In this document: in pieces, positions 15,736 to 26,601 of the stretch
How positions within the stretch are numbered: position 1 is the stretch's first letter
Layout: every line of letters begins with the position of its first letter
From: a virus
Reading direction: 5' to 3' (one strand)
Virus record (IMG/VR): IMGVR_UViG_3300009509_000015
Coordinates: 1-64,000 of that record
DNA length: 64,000 nucleotides
Translations under genes and position numbers: made by a program
The notes under the pieces: model-generated
The model's database searches: none
What the model saw: the letters and a program-made list of their open reading frames with translations, nothing else
What the model was told of the DNA's origin: nothing

Positions 15736-16245
15736 ATGGCACATACACCAGATATATTAAACTCTTTAGCAGGCACACACCCACCTAAACCAGTAGCTAA
15801 AAAACTAGACCTGACAGTTAATGGTAGTGGTACACCAGTTAATGTTGCTGTGTCAGTAGATGACTTTACATACATTGTTAGATTGATTTGGAAATTTGAA
15901 TTTGCTGATCTATCAGTTGAGTGGACTAACTTTGGTGCTGGAAACGCATTAGCAAACGGTATAAATATATACTATCATGATGCAAATATTTTTCCAGCAG
16001 CCATTAAATCAAACTCAGACTTCTTTGATTATGGTTATGATGTTAATCTACAATCAGATGGAGCAGCAACACCTGGGAATGTGCTGTCATCACGTTGGTC
16101 ATTTAATAAATGGGTTCCTAACGGTCTTGGTATGTGGAACGCAGAGGCATTTGCAGTACGGGTTAGTGATGACCTACGAACAGCGACACGCACAGATATT
16201 ACCAGCCTGTTCTGTATAGTAGAAGGTTGGAAAGCACATGAGTAA
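15736..16245 (+). CDS. hypothetical protein (possibly virion-associated)
   Basis: AGGAGGT RBS; beta-rich composition. Confidence 0.7.
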   Translation: MAHTPDILNSLAGTHPPKPVAKKLDLTVNGSGTPVNVAVSVDDFTYIVRLIWKFEFADLSVEWTNFGAGNALANGINIYYHDANIFPAAIKSNSDFFDYGYDVNLQSDGAATPGNVLSSRWSFNKWVPNGLGMWNAEAFAVRVSDDLRTATRTDITSLFCIVEGWKAHE

Positions 16246-16316
16246 GCCCTCTAAGCATTAAGGTGATGCAGTGGTCTTTTAAACCACAGAAGGAGGTTCG
16301 ATACCTCCAGGGGGTA
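16246..16316 (+). tRNA. tRNA-Lys(TTT)
   Basis: GTGGT-CTTTTAA-ACCAC. Confidence 0.87.
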
Positions 16317-16320
16317 CTAG

Positions 16321-16391
16321 GACACGTGGCTCTAAGGCAGAGCAGCAAGCTCATAACTTGCAGGGAGTTGGTTCGATTCCAACCGTGTCCA
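16321..16391 (+). tRNA. tRNA-Met or Ile2 (CAT)
   Basis: GCAAG-CTCATAA-CTTGC; identity not resolvable by eye. Confidence 0.82.
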
Positions 16392-16420
16392 CTGTGCGAT
16401 AAACACCGAGCTTTGTCCAG

Positions 16421-16450
16421 TAAAATCCCTCCAGAAATGGGGGGATTTTA
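16421..16450 (+). terminator. intrinsic terminator ending the first RNA block
   Basis: TAAAATCCCTCC-AGAAAT-GGGGGGATTTTA. Confidence 0.75.
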
Positions 16451-16515
16451 CATTTATTTTAGTCTTTCGATTGTAGAACTTAGATTACTAGTAATTTACT
16501 ATCGGAGGATTTACT

Positions 16516-16890
16516 ATGAGTATCTCAAACTTTCTTGAAAACGAACTGCTAGACACTGCTTTAGCAACAGGCGCATACAGCACAGCAAACGTGTATGTAT
16601 CTGTCCACACTGCTGACCCTGGAGAAACAGGAGCTAGTGAGGTAACTGGTGGTGGCTATGGTCGTCAAGGCCCTACTACCTTCTCTGCTGCTGCTTCTGG
16701 CACAACTTCCAACACAGCACAGATCGACTTCACAAACATGCCTGCTGTAACTGCCACACACATTGGTTTGTGGGATGCTGCAACTGCTGGTAACTTCTTG
16801 TGGGGTGGTGCTCTAACTTCTAGCAAGACGCTAAATGGTGGAGACACTTTCCGCATTGCTGCTACAGATTTGGACGTTTCTCTAGACTAA
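16516..16890 (+). CDS. small virion fibre/structural protein
   Basis: SNFLENELLD...VSVHTADPGETGASEVTGGGYGRQ...HIGLWDAATAGNFL, a widespread phage structural family. Confidence 0.75.
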   Translation: MSISNFLENELLDTALATGAYSTANVYVSVHTADPGETGASEVTGGGYGRQGPTTFSAAASGTTSNTAQIDFTNMPAVTATHIGLWDAATAGNFLWGGALTSSKTLNGGDTFRIAATDLDVSLD

Positions 16891-16919
16891 TAAAATATTG
16901 GAAAAATATCTATGCACTT

Positions 16920-16952
16920 ATAAGCAGCATATGTGTTCTACTATGCTGCTTA
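16920..16952 (+). terminator. intergenic hairpin (terminator or processing site)
   Basis: ATAAGCAGCATA...TATGCTGCTTAT. Confidence 0.55.
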
Positions 16953-16979
16953 TTGTGGTTAGATTAGCGGTGGTGAGAA

Positions 16980-19673
16980 ATGACCTTAGCGCAACCCTAT
17001 TGGCGGTTTAGAAATGATAATTATGGCTTAAACGTAGATAACGGGTGGTTAGCAGCCATAAATACTGCCCCAAGTTCACTAGATATGGGGCAGCAATTTC
17101 GTTTGCGAATAGAAGTTGCAGAAACTGCTGGTACTTCTACCACAGATGGCTTTAAACTACAAGTAAAAGTAAATGCAGGCTCGTGGAATGACTGTGGTAC
17201 ACAGTCTAATGGTAGTAATACTGCTGTAATTGTTACTAACTCATATCAATACGCTGATCAAGATGCAACAACTAACTTATTATCTGGTTCTTCAGAAACA
17301 TTTGAAGCTGGTGAAGGTTTATACGACGATAACCTTACAGCCTCACACACCCTACAAAACGAGCATACTGAATTTGAGTGGGCGCTATTAACCCTAAAGA
17401 ACTATTATGACTTCGCTGTTTTAGCAGACGGAGACACAATATATTTAAGAGTTGTTAGGGATGATGGTACTGCTCTTGATAGCTACCAAGATATTTCATA
17501 TACAGTTAATGAGCCTGCTGGTTTTATTGGTGGTACATTTGTAGAAAGCGCACATTCATTAGGCCCAATTCAAGACAGCAACGGAAACCTATACTTTTTT
17601 GGTGAGCACAACTCACAGAACAACCCAACAAATAACAACGAACCATGTATGTGGAAGTCTACTGATGATGGTGTAACTTGGGATGAAGTAGACGGTACTA
17701 ACAGACCTGTAGGTTCTGACTTTGAATCTGCTGACATGCAAGTTATCAACGATATTATTTATATAGCACAGCATAGAGGTAGTGCTGGTATCAGGCTACA
17801 TGTTTTCAACATGAGTGCTGCTTCTAGTAACCAAGATACATGGACAACAACAGACGAAGTAGTAGATAGTTCAACTCCAGAAGCAGACCAAGCAGTAGCA
17901 TTAGCCGTTCTTTCTGATGGAGATATGTGGTGCTTTTACAGAACTACAGTAAGCAGTTACGAAAGCATAGTTTATAAACGTCGCACATCTGGATCATGGG
18001 GATCGAGAAACACACTAGACACACAGGCAACTACGAACTTTACCTGGGTAGCTTGTGTTGTTGGCGAGAGCAACCTTACACACGTTTTCTACCAAGAAAT
18101 CACTAACGGTACTGGTAATATCTGGCATAGATCATTGTCAAGTGGTGGCACATTATCTGGTAGGGAAAGCATTTCTACTGCATCTGGCACAAACAACAAC
18201 AACTCAAAAGGTATTGCCAAACCTTTATATTGGGATGACGCTGGTGATGAAATTATTTTTGTTGTTTACCGTGAAAGTGATAACGATGCGTGGTCACGTA
18301 CCATTACAAACGACGGTACTCCAAGCTCAGCTACAGGCCCAATAAACACCTATTCTATGGATCGTTCTTTAGGTGGTAGCGCCCAAGCAGCCATGCAATT
18401 AGTAGGTGATGGTACTGGAAATGCTTGGTTAATTTATCTAGACAATGTTAACCAACACCCGTACTTACTTGAGTATGTTTATGGTACTGGTTGGGGAAGT
18501 GAGATAACACTAAGCAGTACATTAACAGCAAACTTTCAACAAATTGGTCATTACACTATTTCAAATGGAGATGAGGTCGTTGGTTATGTACTAGAAACTC
18601 ACCCATATTGGGATACAGCAGGTGCTTATGGTGACGATGGCTTGATGTGGTACTACAGCTATGTCTTAGTGCCTGGAGGAATAGCTTCGTTATCTGGTAC
18701 AGGATCATTAAGTGCAATTGGATCAGTTATTGCTGGTTTTGCTACAGTTACTGGAGCAGCAGCCTTAACAGGTACAGGTACATTAAGCGCAACAGGACTG
18801 CAAATACAGCCTAGACAACCAGTATTACTAGATACAGTTACTAGTGAGGCTAATGGAGTCTCACTAACAAGTGCCACAATAACACCACAACCAAACTCTT
18901 TATTAATAGTAGTAGTTACTAATGCACATGGAAGCTCTCCAATAGGGTGGTCTACGTGTTCCGACACTCTTACAGGAACAGGCTCGTGGACTAGAAATGC
19001 TGATATAGATGATAATCAGTCAAACAACTATGGTATAGCTGTTTGGACAGCGCAATGTGGAGCAACCCCAGGTAGTGGAACAGTAACACCAACATGGACT
19101 AATAGCACATCCAACAGAAAAGTAATGTTTGTATTTGAAGTACCTTTTGGTTTTGATACAACTACACCAATAAGACAAACAAAAACTGGATCAAATGCTA
19201 CAGCAACACCATCATTAACATTTGATAATACCCCTCTTGCTTCTTCAACGGTTTTTGGTGCTATAGGTTCTAAAAGTGATCCTGACTCAGTTATTACGCC
19301 AGGAACTGGCTTTACTGAAGTAGCTGAAGACGTTAGTGGTGTGTCTAGTCCGACAAATACAGGACAAGCAGAGTATGACTTAACACCTGTAGATGGGGTA
19401 GTAGATTGGTCTGGTGCTGGAACTCTTAATAATGTATTTTTAGCTATTGAAATACAAGAAGCTGCTGATGAAGTTGGGGCAGCAGCTTTAACTGGAACAG
19501 GTACATTGTCAGGAGCAGGAATTGGCATAGCACCAAGCGCCGTAGCTATGACAGGTACAGGTACGCTAAACGCAATTGGTAAACAACTATTATGGCCTTT
19601 CTCTGATGACTTCACAGGATCAAATGATGATCCTTGGGCAGCAGGAAAGTGGACAACGGGCGCAAGCCCATAA
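16980..19673 (+). CDS. large virion fibre protein with BNR/propeller-like region and SGTGTL repeats
   Basis: KSTDDGVTW Asp-box; Ser/Thr/Gly-rich repeats. Confidence 0.7.
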   Translation: MTLAQPYWRFRNDNYGLNVDNGWLAAINTAPSSLDMGQQFRLRIEVAETAGTSTTDGFKLQVKVNAGSWNDCGTQSNGSNTAVIVTNSYQYADQDATTNLLSGSSETFEAGEGLYDDNLTASHTLQNEHTEFEWALLTLKNYYDFAVLADGDTIYLRVVRDDGTALDSYQDISYTVNEPAGFIGGTFVESAHSLGPIQDSNGNLYFFGEHNSQNNPTNNNEPCMWKSTDDGVTWDEVDGTNRPVGSDFESADMQVINDIIYIAQHRGSAGIRLHVFNMSAASSNQDTWTTTDEVVDSSTPEADQAVALAVLSDGDMWCFYRTTVSSYESIVYKRRTSGSWGSRNTLDTQATTNFTWVACVVGESNLTHVFYQEITNGTGNIWHRSLSSGGTLSGRESISTASGTNNNNSKGIAKPLYWDDAGDEIIFVVYRESDNDAWSRTITNDGTPSSATGPINTYSMDRSLGGSAQAAMQLVGDGTGNAWLIYLDNVNQHPYLLEYVYGTGWGSEITLSSTLTANFQQIGHYTISNGDEVVGYVLETHPYWDTAGAYGDDGLMWYYSYVLVPGGIASLSGTGSLSAIGSVIAGFATVTGAAALTGTGTLSATGLQIQPRQPVLLDTVTSEANGVSLTSATITPQPNSLLIVVVTNAHGSSPIGWSTCSDTLTGTGSWTRNADIDDNQSNNYGIAVWTAQCGATPGSGTVTPTWTNSTSNRKVMFVFEVPFGFDTTTPIRQTKTGSNATATPSLTFDNTPLASSTVFGAIGSKSDPDSVITPGTGFTEVAEDVSGVSSPTNTGQAEYDLTPVDGVVDWSGAGTLNNVFLAIEIQEAADEVGAAALTGTGTLSGAGIGIAPSAVAMTGTGTLNAIGKQLLWPFSDDFTGSNDDPWAAGKWTTGASP

Positions 19674-19681
19674 GGTGATAT

Positions 19682-22600
19682 ATGACTTGGGCAGTAGATA
19701 CCTCAACTCAGGGTACATATGGAACTAGTAACCCTAATACACTAAGCCACACATGTTCAGCATCTACTAAGTTGCTGGTGCTGGCTATATTTGTCAATGG
19801 TACAACTGCCAGGACAGGAGGAGCACCAACCTACAATGGTACTCCTATGACTGATAGTGGTCAAGGTTTCGTTTTCTTATCTGGTGGTGAGGCTGGTGTT
19901 GAAGTATGGTATTTAATAGAACCTGATACTGGAAGTAGCTATACTGTTAGTGTTCCTAATACGGGGGCAGTAAACTGTGACTTATCTGTAACATCATTTG
20001 AAGCTACTAATAATGCTGCTTTTGATAACTCAAATAGTGCGTCTGCTGATTCAGGAACTTGGAGTGTATCAGTAACTGTTTCCAACAACAACTGTTTAAT
20101 GTTCGGTGCGGTTGGATCAGGCGAACGTGACACGCCTACTGCTGGAACAAACTATACTCTCATCCATACTTATGACGCAGGAAACCAAGTTTGGGGATCA
20201 GAGTATGACCTTGATGCGGGTAGTTCAGGGAGTATTACAGTAGATTTCACCCCTGCTCGTGCTGATGACTGGGGCTTAATCGGTATAGGCTTCTATGAAA
20301 CAACAACAGCTACTGTAACAGGTGCTGCTGCACTAACTGGTACTGGTTCTTTATCTGCTATTGGAAAAGGTATAGCAAGTTCTGCTGCTGCTCTATCAGG
20401 AACAGGAACAATTACTAATGTTCCAGCTTATGCTATTACTAGTTCTGCTGGAGCTTTATCTGGAACTGGTACGCTATCAGCAATAGGGTTCAGGTTAATT
20501 ACTGGTGTAGCTGCACTATCTGGTACAGGCACGCTATCAGCAATAGGTGCTAGAGTAGCATTGGGAGTAGCTGCATTATCTGGCACAGGTACATTATCTG
20601 CTGCTGGCTATATAGTATTTCCATCAGAAGTAACAATACAAAATAACCAAGGTAGACTATCATTTGCTGATAGTGCTCAAGCATATGCTAGAGCTATATC
20701 TACTATGGCAGATCAATCTAATGCAGAACTTACAGCTAAGTTTACTTTTGGTGATCTTGTTTCTGAAGGTTTACTAAGATTTCATCTACGTGGTTCAGGA
20801 GACTGGGCAGACTGGCAAACACCTACAACAGCCTACGAAGTAGAGATTGCCAACACTGGTGACTGGAAAGTTTATAGGATTCAAAGTGGTAGCCGTACAC
20901 AAATAGGCACTACACAAACTTGGACTTCCACAACAGAACAACACTCTATTAAATTTCAAGTAGTAGGAACAGATATACGTGCTAAAGTATGGCGCACAAT
21001 TGACTCAGAACCTGGGTGGCAGAAAGATATTGACGACTCTACCAGTGGATTTACTACAGCAGGTACATTACAGCTAGGCTATTTCCGTGTAGCTGGATCA
21101 CATTATGTTGATCTTGATGATGTTTCTGTGCAATCTCCAGAATCTGTAGAATTTGGTGTTGCTGCCCTAACGGGTACAGGTACTTTGTCTACATCTGGAC
21201 TAGGCATAGCTTATGGTACAGCAGCAATATCTGGAACAGGTACGCTAACAGCTAAGTATGCTCATATACCACTTACAGACTTAATATATTGGCTAGACTT
21301 TTCTGATCAGACTGCTATATGGAAAACTTCTACAGAACGTATAGGTGCAGATAATGACACAATCTATGAAATAAAAGACAAGTCTGGCAATAACTATGGT
21401 GCAACACAAGCAACAGAAGGACTAAGACCTACTTGGAAAACTAATATACAAAATGGCCTTGCAATGTCTTTGTGGAATCCAGCTACTACTACAAACATGC
21501 GTGGGCCTTATGGAGACATGAGTAGTGTTTTACCAACAAATACAGGTACAGCTTTTGTTGTACTCATCCAAGATGGAACAAATGCAAATAACACTGTTAT
21601 AAACACTACTATAGCCTCTGTTGCTGGTGATAACCAGATAACAATACACGCAACATACTCAAATAACCTGTACTTTGATATGGGTGATTATGCTGGTGGT
21701 GGACGAATTTACGGAGCACAACCATCTGGTTGGGATGACGTTGCACATATCTATTCTGCATATAGATCAGGGTCTAGTGGAGAAATATCTGTTGATGGTG
21801 CTCCTATAGTTTTAACAGTGGACACTTATACAGATGACTTTGAGCCTGGAAGAGATGTTGGATATTTGTATACGATAGGAGCAAACTTCCCAGGAAACCA
21901 AATCAACTTTAAAGGATATATTGGCGAAATAATCTTTTATAAAACAAAACTTTCTGCTGCTGAAATACTACAAGTACAGAGATACCTAACAGATAAGTGG
22001 AGTGTAACATTAATACAAACTAGCGCAGCTTCTTTATCAGGCACAGGAACTCTATCAGCAACAGGATCAGCTATAGTATCTGGTGCTGCAAGTTTGACAG
22101 GAACTGGAACATTAACAAGCTCAGGTACAGGAATTGCTTCCAGCGCAGCTACATTAACAGGTACTGGTACACTAACAGGCATACCACTTGTAATATCATT
22201 TGGTGTAACTTCATTAACAGGTACTGGTACGTTATCAGCAATTGGAACATTCTTTAGTGTACAGCAAACTTCTGCTGCTTTAACGGGTACTGGTACACTA
22301 AGCGCAATAGGTTATGCAATTGCATCAAGCGCTGGTACTATGTCTGGTACTGGAACACTAACAGGCGTACCATTTGTATTATCATTCGGTGTGTCTGCTC
22401 TAACAGGTACTGGAACATTATCAGCAATAGGTAGTGCTGCTGGTATAGAACAAAGTGCTGCTACACTTTCAGGAACAGGCACATTATCAGCAATTGGTGA
22501 AGCTACTGCTTTTGGTGTGACCGCATTATCTGGCACTGGCACGTTATCGTCAGCATCATATGCTATAACATCAAGTGCTGGAGCACTTTCAGGAACAGGC

Positions 22601-23203
22601 ACATTATCAGCAATTGCTACAACACTTGGACTTAAGACTGGCGTTGTATCAATGAGTGGTACTGGTACATTATCCGCTATACCACAAGTCTTCGCAATAG
22701 CTACCGCTTCGCTAACAGGTACTGGTACGTTAACTACAGCAGCCTATCAGATAAGCATAAACAATACAGCAAGCTTGTCTGGCACTGGCACAATGTCTGT
22801 TATTGGCTCAGTAGGTGGTATAATTCAAGGTGTTGCTACACTAGATGGTACTGGTACATTATCAGCTATACCATTCGTTGTTAGCTACGCTGTAGCCACA
22901 ATGTCTGGAACGGGTACGTTAGTTAGCTCTAGCCTAATTATCGTGCCTGTAAGTGTGACAATGAGTGGTACAGGTACATTAAGTGCTACAGGATATGCAC
23001 TAGCCCTTGGCGTAGTTGCCATGACAGGAACTGGCACACTAAGCGCAATTGGCTCAGGTATAGGAATTGAGACTGGCGTAGCCTCATTAACAGGTGTAGG
23101 TACGCTAACAGCAGATTACAGATTATGGCCTTTCACAGACGATTTCACATTCAGTGATGATTCTGTTTGGGATGTAAGCAAGTGGGAAGTAACAGAGGTA
23201 TAA
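19682..23203 (+). CDS. large virion fibre protein with SGTGTL repeats and lectin/LamG-like domains
   Basis: ~19-aa A-x-L-S/T-G-T-G-T-L repeats; LIYWLDFSD...FKGYIGEIIFY...QVQRYLTDKW LamG-like domain. Confidence 0.75.
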   Translation: MTWAVDTSTQGTYGTSNPNTLSHTCSASTKLLVLAIFVNGTTARTGGAPTYNGTPMTDSGQGFVFLSGGEAGVEVWYLIEPDTGSSYTVSVPNTGAVNCDLSVTSFEATNNAAFDNSNSASADSGTWSVSVTVSNNNCLMFGAVGSGERDTPTAGTNYTLIHTYDAGNQVWGSEYDLDAGSSGSITVDFTPARADDWGLIGIGFYETTTATVTGAAALTGTGSLSAIGKGIASSAAALSGTGTITNVPAYAITSSAGALSGTGTLSAIGFRLITGVAALSGTGTLSAIGARVALGVAALSGTGTLSAAGYIVFPSEVTIQNNQGRLSFADSAQAYARAISTMADQSNAELTAKFTFGDLVSEGLLRFHLRGSGDWADWQTPTTAYEVEIANTGDWKVYRIQSGSRTQIGTTQTWTSTTEQHSIKFQVVGTDIRAKVWRTIDSEPGWQKDIDDSTSGFTTAGTLQLGYFRVAGSHYVDLDDVSVQSPESVEFGVAALTGTGTLSTSGLGIAYGTAAISGTGTLTAKYAHIPLTDLIYWLDFSDQTAIWKTSTERIGADNDTIYEIKDKSGNNYGATQATEGLRPTWKTNIQNGLAMSLWNPATTTNMRGPYGDMSSVLPTNTGTAFVVLIQDGTNANNTVINTTIASVAGDNQITIHATYSNNLYFDMGDYAGGGRIYGAQPSGWDDVAHIYSAYRSGSSGEISVDGAPIVLTVDTYTDDFEPGRDVGYLYTIGANFPGNQINFKGYIGEIIFYKTKLSAAEILQVQRYLTDKWSVTLIQTSAASLSGTGTLSATGSAIVSGAASLTGTGTLTSSGTGIASSAATLTGTGTLTGIPLVISFGVTSLTGTGTLSAIGTFFSVQQTSAALTGTGTLSAIGYAIASSAGTMSGTGTLTGVPFVLSFGVSALTGTGTLSAIGSAAGIEQSAATLSGTGTLSAIGEATAFGVTALSGTGTLSSASYAITSSAGALSGTGTLSAIATTLGLKTGVVSMSGTGTLSAIPQVFAIATASLTGTGTLTTAAYQISINNTASLSGTGTMSVIGSVGGIIQGVATLDGTGTLSAIPFVVSYAVATMSGTGTLVSSSLIIVPVSVTMSGTGTLSATGYALALGVVAMTGTGTLSAIGSGIGIETGVASLTGVGTLTADYRLWPFTDDFTFSDDSVWDVSKWEVTEV

Positions 23204-23204
23204 T

Positions 23205-26200
23205 ATGTCTTGGACTTTAGATACTTCAACTCAAGGAACTTATGGAGCAAGCGATCCTAGTACACTAACGCATACGTGTTCTAGTGCTACTCGCTTGCTA
23301 GTCCTTGTTATCTTTGTTAATGGTACTACTGCTCGTACTGGTGGTGCTCCTACTTACAACGGCTCTTCTCTAACAGATAGCGGTCAAGGATTTGTGTTTG
23401 ATACTGGCGGTGAAGCTGGTGTAGAAATATGGTACTTAATAGAACCAGATACAGGCAGTGGATATACTTTAAGCGTTCCTAATACAGGAGCAGCAAATAT
23501 TGACCTATCTGCTATGTCATTTGAGCCTACATCAGGCAACACAGCAGCATTTGATGGAGCAAATAGTGCAAGTGGTACAACACAGAACCCATCAGTATCT
23601 GTTACAATCTCAAATAACAATGCCCTAATGGTCGGTGGCTTGGGATCAGGAGATCGTGATGCCCCTACTGCTGGAACAAACTATACGCTGGTTCATACGC
23701 AGGATGCTGGAAACCAAACATGGGGAAGTGAGTACGATCTAGACGCTGGAAGTTCTGGTTCTATAACTGTATCTTTTAGCACAGCACGAGCAGACGACTG
23801 GGGCTTGATTGGTATAGGTTTCTATGAAACCGCAGGAACAACTGTTGTTACTGGAGCAGCAGCCCTAACTGGTACTGGATCGCTGTCAGCTATAGGCTCA
23901 TTCTTTTCAATAGAAACTGGTGTTGCACCACTAAGCGGAACAGGAACATTATCCGCAGCCTCTTACGCTATCGCTAGTTCTGCTGGCGCTATGTCTGGAA
24001 CTGGCACATTAAGTGCCATTGGTACACTAATTACTATATACGGGGCTGCTGCACTAACAGGTACTGGATCACTAACTGGTATAGGTTATGCAATTTCCTT
24101 TGCAGTTGCAACAATTAGTGGCACAGGTACGCTTTCTGCAATTGCAAAGGGTATAGTACAGGGGGTTGCAAATCTAACAGGCACAGGTACGCTTTCTGCA
24201 ATCGGAACTTTCTTTACACCAGCACAAACTATCACAGGAGTAGCAGCACTTTCTGGTACTGGAACATTATCTAGTAGTGGTATTGCAATTTCTATTGCAA
24301 CAGCTAGCCTATCTGGTACAGGAAGTCTAGTTGCTATTGGTGCTCCTGTAGGCGCAGATACTATAGTAGATGTTCAAACTAACCAAGGTAGAATTTACTT
24401 ACCTGATAGTGCTGGCGTATATGGGCGTGCTATAGCCAAGAGAATGTTAAAGAAAACAAACTCTGAAGTATTACTATACTTTAAGTTTGACGATACAAAC
24501 GCAGAGGGTGTGTTCCGAGTATTTATGCGTGCCTCTGGTGATTGGAACACAGCAGACAAACCTACAGATGGTTATGAAGTAGCTATCTCAAACTCTTCTG
24601 GTGGTTTAACACTTAATAAAATACAAAGTGGTACACGGTCTAATATAACAAGCGGTAGCTGGACAGCAACGACTGCTGCTCAGTGGTTGAGATTCCAAAC
24701 AAACGGTAACGCACTTAAAGTAAGAGTGTGGGCAGATGGTTCTGGTGAGCCTGGAACATGGGATATTGATACAACTAATGCAGACATTTCTACTGCTGGC
24801 GTGCTACAGGTAGGTTTCTGGAGGGTATCTGGAACACATACAATGTACATCGACAGCATCAATGTCCATGATGTTGTAGGTTTCCAGTACGGAGCAGCAG
24901 CCTTAACAGGAACTGGAACACTATCTGCTATTGGATCAGCAATTGTCTACGGAGCAGCAGCCCTTTCTGGAACGGGCACGTTAAGTTCTGCATCAACAGC
25001 AATAACATCTAGCGCTGCTAGCTTAACAGGTACAGGCACACTAACAGCTATTGGTGAAAAGGTAACAGCTATTGTTACTGGTGTTGCAAGCTTATCAGGT
25101 ACAGGTAGCCTAGCTGCTACTGGATATGCTATAGTCTCTAGCGCAGCTACATTATCTGGAACGGGCACGCTAACAGCTATTGCTACTTACTTCTCTGTTG
25201 GAGCAGCCTCACTAACTGGAACTGGTACGCTATCTGCTACTGGTTATGCTATTGTCTCTGGTGTAGCCTCACTAACTGGAACTGGTACGCTAACTGCAAT
25301 AGGCAATCCTGCTGGAGTAATCCAGGGCAATGCCAACCTAACAGGCACAGGCACACTATCTTCAAGTGCTACAGTAGTTGTCTATGCTACAGCAGCATTA
25401 AGCGGAACAGGAACATTAACTTCAGCAAGCCTAGCCATAACAAGTAGTGCTGCAAGCCTAAGCGGTAATGGTACTTTATCAGCAATTGGTACTAGGATAC
25501 AGCTTGGAGTAGTACAATTGTCAGGTACTGGTACGCTAGCTGCTGTACCATTTGTAATAGTACCTTCAGCAGCTACACTAAGCGGAACTGGCACACTAAC
25601 AAGTGCTGCTTATGCTATAACAACTGGAGCAGCATCATTAACTGGTGTGGGATCACTAATTGCTAGACCAGAGATCGAGAACTTAATCACTGGAAGGGCA
25701 GCCCTAACTGGAACTGGTACGTTATCTGCTATTGGATACGGTATAGCTTCAAGCACAGTTTCAATGAGTGGTACTGGAGTTCTAACAGGTGTAGGCTACG
25801 CAATAGCAAGCACTACAGCAAGCTTAAGTGGCAATGGAACATTAACTGCTACACCATTTGTATTATCATACGCTACAGCAGCCCTATCAGGACAAGGAAC
25901 ATTAACAGCCACTAGCTATGCTATAGCTTCTGGAGCAGCTAGCTTAACTGGACTTGGCACATTAGTTGCTAGACCAGAAGTTGAGGGATTATTAACTGGC
26001 GTTGTATCTATGACAGGTACTGGTACAATGTCTGCTATACCATTTGTACTATCTTATGGTAATGTGTCTATGTCTGGACTAGGCACACTAACTGCAAAAG
26101 CATCAGGAGAAATTACTGGAGCAGCTACCTTATCTGGTACTGGCGTACTAACCGCAAGCAGCCTAGCAATAACTTCAAGTGCTGTAACAATGAGTGGTAC

Positions 26201-26600
26201 TGGTGCTATGAACGTAGTTGGTATAGGTGTGTCAGAAAGCGCTGTATCAATGTCTGGCGCTGGTACATTAGCAGCCATACCACAAGTGTTTGCACTAGGT
26301 ACTGTATCAATGTCTGGTACAGGAGTTCTATCTGGATCAGGTTATGGTATATCAATAGCAAATGCTTCGCTATCTGGACTAGGCACACTAACATCAACAG
26401 GTATTGCAATTGCTTACGCTGGCGCAAGTCTAACAGGACAAGGTACATTACTCGTAGTTATAAGAGCTATACCAGCTACTTGGTTCTTAGAGGGATCGTT
26501 CATATTAACCATAGAGCTAGATGGTACGATTGTAGATACTGTAGAGTTAGATGCCCAGTTTGAGACTATTGAACTAGAGGGTAATACTTTCGAGGATTAA
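23205..26600 (+). CDS. large virion fibre protein, paralog of 19682..23203
   Basis: N-terminal ~200 aa highly similar to the previous gene; extensive repeats. Confidence 0.75.
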   Translation: MSWTLDTSTQGTYGASDPSTLTHTCSSATRLLVLVIFVNGTTARTGGAPTYNGSSLTDSGQGFVFDTGGEAGVEIWYLIEPDTGSGYTLSVPNTGAANIDLSAMSFEPTSGNTAAFDGANSASGTTQNPSVSVTISNNNALMVGGLGSGDRDAPTAGTNYTLVHTQDAGNQTWGSEYDLDAGSSGSITVSFSTARADDWGLIGIGFYETAGTTVVTGAAALTGTGSLSAIGSFFSIETGVAPLSGTGTLSAASYAIASSAGAMSGTGTLSAIGTLITIYGAAALTGTGSLTGIGYAISFAVATISGTGTLSAIAKGIVQGVANLTGTGTLSAIGTFFTPAQTITGVAALSGTGTLSSSGIAISIATASLSGTGSLVAIGAPVGADTIVDVQTNQGRIYLPDSAGVYGRAIAKRMLKKTNSEVLLYFKFDDTNAEGVFRVFMRASGDWNTADKPTDGYEVAISNSSGGLTLNKIQSGTRSNITSGSWTATTAAQWLRFQTNGNALKVRVWADGSGEPGTWDIDTTNADISTAGVLQVGFWRVSGTHTMYIDSINVHDVVGFQYGAAALTGTGTLSAIGSAIVYGAAALSGTGTLSSASTAITSSAASLTGTGTLTAIGEKVTAIVTGVASLSGTGSLAATGYAIVSSAATLSGTGTLTAIATYFSVGAASLTGTGTLSATGYAIVSGVASLTGTGTLTAIGNPAGVIQGNANLTGTGTLSSSATVVVYATAALSGTGTLTSASLAITSSAASLSGNGTLSAIGTRIQLGVVQLSGTGTLAAVPFVIVPSAATLSGTGTLTSAAYAITTGAASLTGVGSLIARPEIENLITGRAALTGTGTLSAIGYGIASSTVSMSGTGVLTGVGYAIASTTASLSGNGTLTATPFVLSYATAALSGQGTLTATSYAIASGAASLTGLGTLVARPEVEGLLTGVVSMTGTGTMSAIPFVLSYGNVSMSGLGTLTAKASGEITGAATLSGTGVLTASSLAITSSAVTMSGTGAMNVVGIGVSESAVSMSGAGTLAAIPQVFALGTVSMSGTGVLSGSGYGISIANASLSGLGTLTSTGIAIAYAGASLTGQGTLLVVIRAIPATWFLEGSFILTIELDGTIVDTVELDAQFETIELEGNTFED

Positions 26601-26601
26601 T

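Noticed and set aside
18659-26448. Antisense ORFs rich in VPVP
   Set aside because: Shadow frames of the GTGT-repeat genes
18650-26460. Repeats as a CRISPR array or diversity-generating retroelement
   Set aside because: Repeats are in-frame, codon-degenerate protein repeats; no identical DNA repeats with spacers and no reverse transcriptase
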